NCBI RefSeq assembly: GCF_001186125.1
Contig: NW_014040426.1
Location: forward strand, 36,992-69,438
Direction of reading: 5' to 3'
Length of the DNA: 32,447 bases
From: Sphaeroforma arctica JP610
Taxonomy: Eukaryota
In this document: one piece after another, positions 10,862-22,500 of the stretch
How positions within the stretch are numbered: position 1 is the first letter of the stretch
Layout: each line of letters begins with the position of its first letter
Translations under genes and position numbers: made by a program
Notes under the pieces: generated by a model
What the model was told of the DNA's origin: nothing
The model's input: only the letters and a program-made list of their open reading frames with translations
Database searches by the model: none

Positions 10862-10890
10862 TGTTGAGGAGGTATAGACACCACTTAGAT

Positions 10891-11067
10891 TGTCGTGGAA
10901 ATGTATGGGCCTTAAGATGAAAGTGCACGTAGTATTTGTAGTAATACAGACACAGGTCCAGTAATTAAATACCCAATAGCTGCCTCAAGCTCTATCCCCA
11001 TACACCCGAGTCACCGACGAGTGATTCCCTTGACCTGGGCTCAGGCACCTCTACTCGCACCATGACA
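10891..11067 (-). repeat. Putative 5' LTR (177 bp)
   Basis: Bounded by an 8-bp terminal inverted repeat with 7/8 match (TGTCGTGG at 10891, CCATGACA ending 11067), TG...CA termini, internal TATTTAA on the minus strand, and followed on that strand by TGG and the ORF start. Confidence 0.6.
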
Positions 11068-11599
11068 TGATGTACTCGTGTATGCACGTACATTGTACCC
11101 GCACCCTTTGTCGCATGTGCTCACTCCTTCTGGTTTGTGAACCAACTTTGAATACTCTACAGTGTTACTCTCCGCTCCTCGCTTCCCGATATGAGAGTAA
11201 CTGCTATCGTCAATCAGCCTACGAGTACTCCCATTCCTGTACGGTGGAGCTTCGGAGCTTGTGACCTAGAGCTAAGTCACAATTTTGGTCTTGTTGTGAC
11301 TCTGTAACGACCCAGTGGTTGCTTTAGGTTCTGTATATTGATACTGTGACTTGCTGCCTATCTCCCTACTGCGATGTCCTCAAACCACACTACTCGTACT
11401 TATCCATTTCACTCCAAATGCTCGTTGTGCAAAACATGTATTTTGTGCTACACGTTGGACGATCAATATTTCTATAACTCAGAATTCACATAACGATCAC
11501 CACCAATTACAGTATGTTACTGGTATTATCATTCTGTACAATACACTTATCGATAACAGTAGACCCAATGCGTTTCTTATGCATATGCACTAAACTCGT

Positions 11600-11638
<39 letters not shown>
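11600..11638. repeat. (CA)n(TA)n microsatellite at gap edge
   Basis: Direct observation. Confidence 0.95.
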
Positions 11639-12281
11639 NNNNNNNNNNNNNNNNNNNNNNNNNNNNNNNNNNNNNNNNNNNNNNNNNNNNNNNNNNNNNN
11701 NNNNNNNNNNNNNNNNNNNNNNNNNNNNNNNNNNNNNNNNNNNNNNNNNNNNNNNNNNNNNNNNNNNNNNNNNNNNNNNNNNNNNNNNNNNNNNNNNNNN
11801 NNNNNNNNNNNNNNNNNNNNNNNNNNNNNNNNNNNNNNNNNNNNNNNNNNNNNNNNNNNNNNNNNNNNNNNNNNNNNNNNNNNNNNNNNNNNNNNNNNNN
11901 NNNNNNNNNNNNNNNNNNNNNNNNNNNNNNNNNNNNNNNNNNNNNNNNNNNNNNNNNNNNNNNNNNNNNNNNNNNNNNNNNNNNNNNNNNNNNNNNNNNN
12001 NNNNNNNNNNNNNNNNNNNNNNNNNNNNNNNNNNNNNNNNNNNNNNNNNNNNNNNNNNNNNNNNNNNNNNNNNNNNNNNNNNNNNNNNNNNNNNNNNNNN
12101 NNNNNNNNNNNNNNNNNNNNNNNNNNNNNNNNNNNNNNNNNNNNNNNNNNNNNNNNNNNNNNNNNNNNNNNNNNNNNNNNNNNNNNNNNNNNNNNNNNNN
12201 NNNNNNNNNNNNNNNNNNNNNNNNNNNNNNNNNNNNNNNNNNNNNNNNNNNNNNNNNNNNNNNNNNNNNNNNNNNNNNNNN
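11639..12281. other. Assembly gap (643 N)
   Basis: Run of N. Confidence 1.
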
Positions 12282-12438
12282 TACGTAGTGTGTTGTGTAA
12301 TTACGCATGCAGTCCGTTTGTTACTACACCGGGTTTTTGTGTGATCTTGGTTGAAGGCATGTTCATCTTTTGTTGTATACTGTACGTTTTTATTAGTTAC
12401 GCTCCTATATGCGTTACATGTTTTTATATGTAATTATT

Positions 12439-12554
<116 letters not shown>

Positions 12555-12559
12555 CTTCA

Positions 12560-14985
12560 GAGAAAGTGGTGTTCATTTTGGACTTGGAGTGTTTCTCGGT
12601 CACTATCTAAATTTTACCGCCGACACTTGGTTAATACAAAAAAATCTCAGCGAATGCTCTACTCACGCAACATTCAATTATTTCCTCCAGAATTTCCTGA
12701 GTGGTCGGCCGACGAAAAGCGATGCTCACCACCCCAGGCTCATATACCATTCCTATCGATTGGGCAACTGACTTAAGTAAAGGCACCAAATCTGTGCCAT
12801 TCATCTCACCATGTTTCCCCGATGTTGCCACTCGATCCAATGCACCGACCGCCTCGATCTCCATCCCGACCTCGTCTTCCCCGTCTGTTGCCTCTCACCC
12901 ACCAGCGTCCAACATCGTTTCTAAGGCCGTTCTTTCGTCCGCTGTCCCCTCCGTCTATTCTCAACCACCGCAACCGGCCTCAGCTCCTCCCATCGACTTG
13001 CATCATTTCCCTACCTTTCCTTCTCCCGCTCCTCGTACTGATCAGACCACCTCTCTCCTTCCGAAGTCCCCCCCGGGTGCTCCAAAATGACTGTTGCCAC
13101 CGATTTTTCTCACTTCCCCCACAATACACAGTGATTCTACCGATCACATCAATATTGTCTCCTTGACACCACCACCAACGAGCATTATTCCACCAATGCC
13201 CTCCGCCGTGCCCCTACCTCGCCTCCAACCTGGTTATGTTGAATCCCGCAACATACCGCTTCTCTCCGATATACGTCGCATTTCACAGGCTAAACCTCTG
13301 AGTACTCCCCTACTTGCTGACCGTGCTCACCTTTGTGTTCTACCACCACCCGCCCCGTCTAATTCCCGTCGCAGCCTATCTTTCCTCCAGCTTGAAGCCA
13401 TGCTTGGTTAACCGTGCGCTATATTACCCCCTAAAAGTACAACTCGTCGCCGTCGCCCAATACCACCCCATACAATACATCCTGCCCCAACGCTAATAAC
13501 TCTCCAATACACTTACTCTACTTGATGAATCACTTCAAGCATCCCGTTGACGTCCTCGCCAATCCCAGGCACAACCAGTTTTTCCTCCCGGACCACCTGA
13601 TTCTTCTGACCCCAGTATTTGTGCACTAGTTCCTACTTTAGCCCCCACGTGTCATCTTTCTGACGCCCCTGCTGATAATTTCATTTATGGTTCTGATGCT
13701 GATGATGTGCACCCCGCCGTCGCTCCATCATTCAAACACAAGACTACATTATCACTCCTGGACGCTATCAATTCCCTGGACCCTAAGCTGCCCGAGAGCG
13801 TTAAACAAGCTCAAGCACAGAAAGAATGGCCTAATTGGGAAGCTGCAATTTACAAAGAGCACGCGGTCGATGACAGGAACCAACTTGCCGATCTCATTCC
13901 TACTGCAGATGTCCCTCATGACGCTCGCATCATCCACTCCAAACACGTTTTTAACATTGAACACGACTAACATTAAGCACGACGAAAATGGCTGCTGACC
14001 AATTTCAAAGCTCGCCTCGTTGCTCAGGCGATCAACAACAGCAGGGCGATTCAATTTGGCAAACCTACGCACCAGCCGCTATCTCATGCACACTTCGTCT
14101 TTTCCTCGCGAATGCCGCTTTCAACAACCTCGACGTCTTTCACATTGACGCCGATACAGCGTAATTATATTCTCTTCTTGACACGTCGGTCTATATGTAT
14201 CCTCCGCTAGCAGCCTTGATCTGGGATATTACAAACTATTCCATGTTATCCACCTTAAACGTGGCTTATACGGGCTTAAGCAGGCTGATCGCCTGTGTAT
14301 TATAGATATCGCCACAAATTTGAAAGACCTTAATTTTATCCGCTCTTATGCCGAAGGAAGTATCTGAATCCACCGCACCCGTCGCACTATTGTTGTCCTC
14401 TATGTGGATGAAATTGTGCCTGTAGTGCCTCGCAATTCTGACGAAGAGCAATGGCTCTTCAAGGCATTAGGCAAATACTATAGTATTATAAGTTATCGGC
14501 CTCGCATCTCACCTTGTCGGTCTCCGAATTCCTCACTTGAAAAGGGAATAATTATCGACCAGCATGCCTACACTTGTTCTTTGCTCGATACGTTTCCACT
14601 CCCAATATACGCTGCCTAAATACATACCGGGCACACTGTCACACTGTAGCCCTGACACACTGGTTACCTCACCCATCACTTCAACAAAAAAGGTTTCTGC
14701 CAACTTTTCGGCGCCTTGAGTTTCGCTGCAAATCTTACCCGTCTTGACGTCTCAGTTACGCTTAGTTAAACCCACAGATGCACACAAGGTTGCACATGAA
14801 CGTATCCTTCATTATCTACACACTACTATGGATTATTCGATCATATACAAACGCTAACTTCCTAATCAAACTTTCAGTTCTGCTCTCGTCGCCTATACTG
14901 ACTCTGATTGGAGCGGCTGCCGCATGTCTAGCAGATCACAAACTGTGACACTCATCTGTTTTAAGGGCTCCTCCATAAATTGGAC
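12560..14985 (+). mobile_element. Degenerate Ty1/Copia pol fragment (post-integrase SH3-like region, P/S-rich spacer, RT, start of RNase H)
   Basis: GVFLGH...[81 protein letters not shown] (YVDE 14401-14412); AYTDSDWSGCRMSSRSQT. Integrase-before-RT order and these motifs are Copia-type. Many stops and frameshifts. Confidence 0.92.
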
Positions 14986-16453
14986 GATTCCATCATTGAA
15001 TCCAACTCAATACCCCACTTTGCCTTGAGGGCGGGTATTGAGCTCACTCATTGGGGTTACACGACAAAGTGGGGTTTACTATCTAAACTAGGTTTTATAC
15101 TTCATGACAACTAAATGTCTTGGATACGACCCAACAATATTTTCTCTTTCTCAGATCATAACTTTATTATATATTTACAACTGAAATAGTAATAAAGATT
15201 AGTTCTTCTAGTTCAACAGAGTATTGTAGTTCATTAATTTGATAGTTGAGACTGGAGACTTGAGAGTGATGAGACACTCTCTCTAGAGAGTGTGAGTCTC
15301 TCTCTTGAAAGTGAAAACTCTCTCTCTAGAGAGATGTCATTATTTTATATGGCTATGAGAGAGATATAAATATGTATGTATGAGATGGACGAAAGATACT
15401 GCAACCACATATTACAATAACAAATATATTCTGTTGGTGGTTGAGACTAGACTTGAAAACTGAGAGAAGAACGACAATTATTGATGGTTAGCAAATATAA
15501 TATCGGTGGCTTGAGATAGCTTAACACACACGCACACACACGACACGAACATACACGAATCATCCGTTTTTCTTCGAGAGTAGTTAGAACGTATATTTAA
15601 TTTTTATTGTTAATCGCAAGCAATCATTGATTGTAATTGTTGATGATTGATAAATACAATATTACTATTGATATTACTATTGATGGTTGACAAACGTAAT
15701 ATAATAAAATACTGTTGAAGGTTCGTGGACGAAAGAAGGTCATGGACGGTTGACAAATATAGTATTGCGTGATTAGTGGTTGTGGGACGACTTTTGTATA
15801 ATATTACAAAATTATATTTGAATGGTTAGAGTTGGTTTCAACCAACTCCCAACCATTCGAGTTGCGATTGTAAGATTGTGCTAACCTCATACTTGTAACG
15901 TTTTCATGATATGGATCATTCCGCCAATGAAATACTGAAAAATAGACTTGAAATGTCGTAAATTCGATCAATTAGTATTCCCGTTTTATTGGTATCCGTC
16001 GACTTTTACTACAATCGACTATTGTTTACAAGACAGCAGCTATCTTTAGATGTTCAAAATTATTTGTACCTCGTTGACATATTGCTGTAAAGAAGTCAGC
16101 AGATTCAGTTTTTTCCTGATTTGTGCTGGGTTCCAGCAGGATATCTCGTATATTAAACGAAGCTGTGTTGCACGCCACCCAATTTGCTGTTAGCATACCA
16201 CTCTCAACATAACCGCCGATACTCTGCTAGGGTACTAATTATTCAGGCACAAGCACGATATACAGTGCAGTCTGAGGCCAGCGCATGCGTACATGTTACT
16301 GTGAATGTGAAGATTTTGTAACCTGTATGAAAGTCTGAACCATTTGAAAAGCTTCTAAATTATGGCCTCGGATCCGACATGACCAAAAGATCTATTAAAT
16401 TATGGCTTCTGATCCGGCGTAAATTATAGATTATAATTAGTATAATAAAATGA

Positions 16454-16533
16454 CTAGACGGTATGTTCACCAGTCACCAAATTCACGCTGCTGTCAATCG
16501 GGGTGGCACTATCGATCGTGACCGGACTTTCAA
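16454..16533 (-). CDS. RTK exon 15 (last exon)
   Basis: Polypyrimidine tract plus CAG, phase 1: VESPVTIDSATPIDSSVNLVTGEHTV*. Confidence 0.55.
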
Positions 16534-19500
16534 CTGTGTGGATAGAAACAGGGACAAGACTATAAGCATGAGGATAACAAACAACAGAAGAGAAGTAAAA
16601 ACTACAGATGATTGCAGAGGATTTAACTGTACCAATATAAATACAATGTATCAATGTTCGATACGAAAACGTACTTCCACGCTTGCAATGGTTGTTTAGA
16701 GATAGTGATTATATGAAAGTAGCATCTGGTTCAGGAATAGAAATGTAGCATCTGGCTCAGAAAAAAAAAATTGTTCCTGAGATAGAAATATAAATCGAAT
16801 AACAGAAATTAGCATCTACACCTGATTTCGCACCACAGCAAGCACGCAATGTTGTGCACTCGCCAGTAAACCTATAGGTTATCTTGCTAAACCCACCTGA
16901 CGCTTGTTGAACCTCTACGTAAAGATCATGGGCCGTCACCTTAAGGGTTTTTTTGGCAGCTTTGCCACTCGCCGGAGAACTGTCAAGGGTATCATAATTA
17001 CTTCTATCTGCGGCATCCTGGGCATTGCTATTACTGTTATTGAGAAACGTATATGCCAGGTTTAAGATTTTCAGCAACCGTGCGTGCAATATTATAGCCC
17101 ACGAACTGTTCACTACTGATGAGAGTTGTTTCATTTGATTTTAGCTGACAGATGAGCCTAGTGAGTCGTTCAATCCCCCTGGCCAGCACTACCGTTGTGC
17201 TAAAAATGTCATATCCACAAAAAAAAAAGGGGGTAAAAATTTGATCAAACTCACCCCTTTGAAGGTTCAACACTATCGTAGTTGTTGCGTTCGTTAATAT
17301 CGATAGTCACGTCTAGTGCGTTAGGGGCGGTAAGTTCCGAATAGGCAGATGATGCGGCAGGTAATTTCTCCTTGTCTTTCGTTGATTTATGATTGAACTC
17401 GCTGACCTCATCCATATGTGAACCATCTTCCGAATTCTCATCGAATTCTTCGACGTCTTTATAGTTCGGACATTGCTATGAGCAAGAATTTAAAAACGAG
17501 AAGTTAAGTAAAAATGAATACAGTAGAGTACAGTACACAGGCATCTCCCATCACGATACATCGTTAAATTTAGTTCTTAGTACTCGGAACTTACCTCGAA
17601 GAAAAGACGATCGAAAATCTCGGCCAATTCGCTGAACTTCGGACGATCCTCTGACTGTGTTTGCCAACACCTAAGCATGGTATCATAGGCATGATCTGGA
17701 CATGTGTCTGGTTTGTTGAGTCGCAGGGATGCGTGCCTCTGGATAGCTATAAACTCTGCATTATCACAGAAGTCATACGGAATAGCACCGTCCGCGAAGA
17801 CTTCCCACACACATACAGCAAACCCCCATACATCGGAGGCCTCTGTGTACACTCCGTTTGCAGACAGTGTCTCGGGTGCCATCCACCGCACAGGTAAAAT
17901 ACCTCCTTCACTCTGCTTGACGTAGTTCTGCTGACTTCCCGCTGTTGAAAACATGTGAATCAAGTAGGCACGTATAAGTATCACCGTACTTATTTATATG
18001 ACGTCACAACAATACCAAACAAAAACGATAGCTCTTTTTCAATATATATAATATAAAAATACATATGTACATATAGATATATATATAAATGTGTGTGTAC
18101 ACGTATATAGTATATATAGCACAGACAATATATATACTTACTCATGTATTTTATACATGCTCATACACACACACATGTCTATATAAATGTAAAGATATAG
18201 AACATACAGGTATTCAGAAACACAGGATATACGAGAATATACACACATTTTATCGTAAACATGTGCAATATAAGTAGATATACATAGGTTTGTATACGCA
18301 TGTATTCATGTAAACGTATGCAATATATGTGTATATACAAAAGTTGGTATACGCACATATGCATCTAGTTCCCGCCGCATAAAAACATACCAGTAAGACG
18401 AGCCAGACCCATATCGGAAATCTTTGCGTAAGGATACCCTCCTTCGTGAGGGTTAGTTCTGAGCAGCACATTACGAGCAGCGATATCACGATGCACAACA
18501 GGAATGGTAGCCAGGTAAGCAAATCCTGCTGAAACTTCTCGCGTGAACCACAGGCGTTCGCCGATATCAATATTCTCACCCCTCTTCTGCATGTAGCCCT
18601 TCAGATCACCCAGATCCATATACTCTAGGAGCATGTAAATGGACGGTGCTTCTGTGGATGCATTGTATACGAAGTGAAGCAAATGTTAACAGGGCAGTAA
18701 TAACTATACAAATTAGATACAAAATAGTAGACTGCCTGAAACGAGCAAGATATTCGAAACTCCCGATTGGCTCTAAACCAACAAACAAACGTACCGTCCA
18801 TTCCCTCCATTTCCTCGTCCATACTGACACCAATCATTCGCACGACATTGCGATGGTCCAGGCCTTTGAGCAGCTGAGCCTCTCTGAGGAAATCGTCTGA
18901 CGCCTTCTGGAACTCAGCCTCATCGCCATTCTGCAGCAACTGTTTGATGGCACACACAACGGCGGTGCCTTCGACAAAGACCACGCCTCGGCACACTTGT
19001 CCGAAGGCTCCCTTGCCGAGAACATCCAGTAGAGCGAACTGCGGAGCGTCCGTAGAGTTAGCCATGGTATGTATATTGACTCTGTTGAGCAACATACTAG
19101 TAGGTGTATGTACACCGTTTAGCAGGACATTTGCTTGCGTGAAAATAAAAGCTGCTGTTATTCACAATGAGTTACTCTGGATTATCGAATTGTCGATCCC
19201 TTTGAGTATCAATACTTCACATCGGTTTATATACAAAATACGTTTTTGGTCTTTCATACGCACAATCAACGAATATGGACGAGGCAGAACAAAAGGCTAA
19301 TCTACAAAATGATTACGCCTTCATTCATAACCATATATACCCTGGTAACTGGACGTTGCAATGGAAACCAAAATCGGACAAAAACATCACCGCCACCGCC
19401 ACCGACATGTGGCAATTCGATTAGCTACAATTGCTACAGCAGTACAGAGTTTAAGCATGTTGGATACAACTACAAATGAAATACTACAATCTGTGTCGCA

Positions 19501-22500
19501 AATATACACTCCACACACCTGATTGCGAGGTAGCCATCCAGCCTCACGTCCAACACTGTCCAATTTAGTCTGAGCGGTTGGGTCGTTGTGATCGAGCCAT
19601 TTATACTGCTTGCGGATATCGGTGACAATCTCATCCACCGTCTTCTGTCTTTGTTGCTCAATGATGCGAGAACGACTCCAGACGAAATAGACGGCCGCGC
19701 ATACGGCCGCAAGTGCGAACAATGAGACAAGCACAATGGCTACGATTAAGCCTGTAGTATGATGATAAAAGCATTTTTTTAGACCTCTAATGTGGATACA
19801 GAAAGTTGAGGACGAACCATAAGACATGCGTATAGCTATTACGCTGCTAAAACTATCATAACATAGCCACTACATGAGGATGTCATGGCGATTGATTCCT
19901 AATCTTACGATGAATTTGAATTCTGTTTCAGGGTATGAGTCGAAATAGCTATACACTTGGATCAGTGGGCTGCAGCGGATGAGCAGGAACTTTCGAAAAA
20001 TGGTGTACAAGCCAAACCAAAGAATGCAAACTACCCTCTAGAACCCGTTGAGCAACAAGACAGTACCCCACTAGTCCTACATCATTGAAATCAGTACATA
20101 CCTGTTGACAAGGAGCTGCCCTCAGATCCCACTGCCACTGGCTCGCCATCGGCCTGCTGCACGCTAGTGACGTCGACTGGCAGTTGCCCTCCATTCGCTA
20201 GTGTATTGTCCAAGCTGGCACTCGCCGCATCCGTGAACTGCATCTCCGCATTCACACTGCCGGGTGTAAAGCCCAGATACACCACATCCCCTATGGGTAC
20301 GCCAAGACTCAATGCCGTATCTATGGCAAGCTGTTCGCCGTCTTCGTCACTCCAAGTATCAGCGTCGGCGTCTACGGTTAGCACTACGGAATTGCCCTGG
20401 CATGCCTGTCCAATTTTTCCCGACTGACAGGACGAACACACCGCATCAGAAGTGGCCGAGCATTGGGACGTAACTGTTGTGCAGAACTCGGTAGACGAGC
20501 AGCTCGTACACACACGATCCTCGCTGCAGAAGAAATATCGGACGTGAATATTGATGAGAATCCTTCACTTCGTAAAATGCACACAAAACTAGGATTAAAT
20601 CTTGCATGCCAATTTCGTATACATATAACTACAAATATGAGCTATTTTATATATATATATATATATAATACGTACATACACACACACAAATAATATATAT
20701 ATATATACGTATATATGTACATACAATACATACATATATACACACACACACTTATATATATATGTTTGTGAATTTGTAAGTATATATGCATGTATATTTT
20801 TTAAGTATATAAGCATATAAACATGCTTGCATAAATGTATGCAATATATATATAAATATATATATATATCGCTGTATATCTGTATATACATCTATAGCAC
20901 TGTATACACCTGTATCTATACCACTACATATATGTATCTGTATAGATATCTCTAAACCTGTACCTATATGTATATATAATGTACGAAAAATATTATATAA
21001 CATATAAAGAAATCATGAAGAACTTACCGTGCTTTTGGTTCAACAGACTCGTACTCGTCCGCGGCACACACCGTATAGGGTGTACACTCGCGATCACTGT
21101 TCTCGGTAGAAGCCTTGGAAATATAGCTCTCTTCGTCACATACTGTAATGGGTACACACTGTAAAGTAGGTAGAAATTGAAATTGAATGATCATGTTGAC
21201 CATAAACAGGTTCATACACAGACGACATCTCCGAGACACGCTTCAAAGCATTCAAGAGATAGTGAGATGAAATCTGGTGCTTATATCTAATGTACCACAA
21301 CCTGTATTGCAGCACGGGACAGTACAAGTATAAACAATACATATAACCCCGATATTCATTGACCTGTGCATTCAATAGTTTCTTGTCCATTTATGGCAAA
21401 CAAATCCGATATGCTTCCATCTGTGTAGTAACCAACAGTTTCGCATTCGTACATAATGCATATTTAAATAAACAGTGCTGTATAAGGCCTCCACGTCTAT
21501 CAAATTTCGACCCTGGTGCACGGGCAGGATGTCCTAATTTTAGGCCACAAAACAAGTGTCATAAGAGCATAGACATCATACCTGCTTGATGTCAGCGTCC
21601 AAATAGTAGTCCTTGGCACAGTTCAGACATTCAATGCCTTGGGAAAAGTTGTCGATTGAGAACTGGCATTTCGATGCAGTAGCTGTGAGCACGGACGTAC
21701 AACCCACGGGGATTATACACTCTTCTAGGCAATCCAGCCCAGTTTTTCCCAAAGGACAGGTACACACAGTGTTGGTGGTGACAGAGCACTCGCCGCCTTC
21801 TGCGGGTACTCCTTCATCACCACACGTGGCGCACCTAATACAGCTCTGGTCCTGCAAGCGTATGCATATGATGAGATATCAACAAACGAACGCAGGACAT
21901 GCGAAGATTTAATGAAGATGGACCAGCATAGGCAGAGAATATAGCCGTACTACAGTGTGACAAAACATTGAGTAAAACACGCCACCCCGCCTTGCAGAGA
22001 GCGAATTTGTGTCTCCGGACGATGGGATGCAGCTCCTTTTGAAGAGTATCAGTTTAGAGTAATGTGGATTTATTGTGTACAGGAAACTGAAGAGCCAGAG
22101 CCCGGCCGACTTACCTCGTTCAAGAAGAATCCTTCGTCACACGTGGTGCAGATAGCCTTGTATCCAAAATTAGTCTTATCGAACTCACAGGTGCTAGCAT
22201 CCCCCTCTGTGCAGTTTGCGGGCAACTGGCAAGGCGTATCACAGGTGGGCCCCGTGAACCCACTGTCACAGACGCATAGCGTATCCCTTGTCGCCGTACA
22301 CGTGCCGTTAGTAGCATCGCTCGCAGCCAGCCCACATGTACTGCACTCCAGGCACATCTCTCCGTTATAGAACTCACCCTCACCACAGTCACAGGAGATG
22401 GCACCCGAGTCGGTGCTTTGACACACCCCATTTGCGCCACACGAGTCCTCGATGTGCTGCTGCGCCCACTCGCACTCACACGTGTTGGCGATATTCTCAA

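Larger units (their letters stand above)
2252..11067 (-). mobile_element. Decayed chromodomain-bearing Ty3/Gypsy LTR retrotransposon region carrying an N6-adenine methyltransferase; possibly a composite of more than one element
   Basis: Minus-strand order: LTR, gag-like ORF, gag, PR, RT, RNase H, MTase, integrase, two GPY/F+chromodomain modules, PPT. PR-RT-RH-INT order is diagnostic of Ty3/Gypsy. Numerous stops, frameshifts and deletions. Confidence 0.9.

Noticed and set aside
10871..10890. tRNA primer-binding site (TGGTGTCTATAC, minus strand)
   Set aside because: TGG begins 7 nt after the LTR edge and I cannot match it to a specific tRNA 3' end without a search.
12701..13700. Pro/Ser-rich ORFs as an independent gene
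   Set aside because: They lie between the Copia post-integrase region and RT, the usual low-complexity pol spacer.
15006..15075. Hairpin CTCAATACCC...GGGTATTGAG and overlapping ACCCCACTTTG/CAAAGTGGGGT inverted repeat at the Copia break
   Set aside because: Short stems with no assignable function or partner terminus; possibly a TE end but unsupported.
16454..16471. Class I PDZ-binding motif at the RTK C-terminus (GEHTV)
   Set aside because: Position -2 is His rather than Ser/Thr, and the last exon is itself uncertain.
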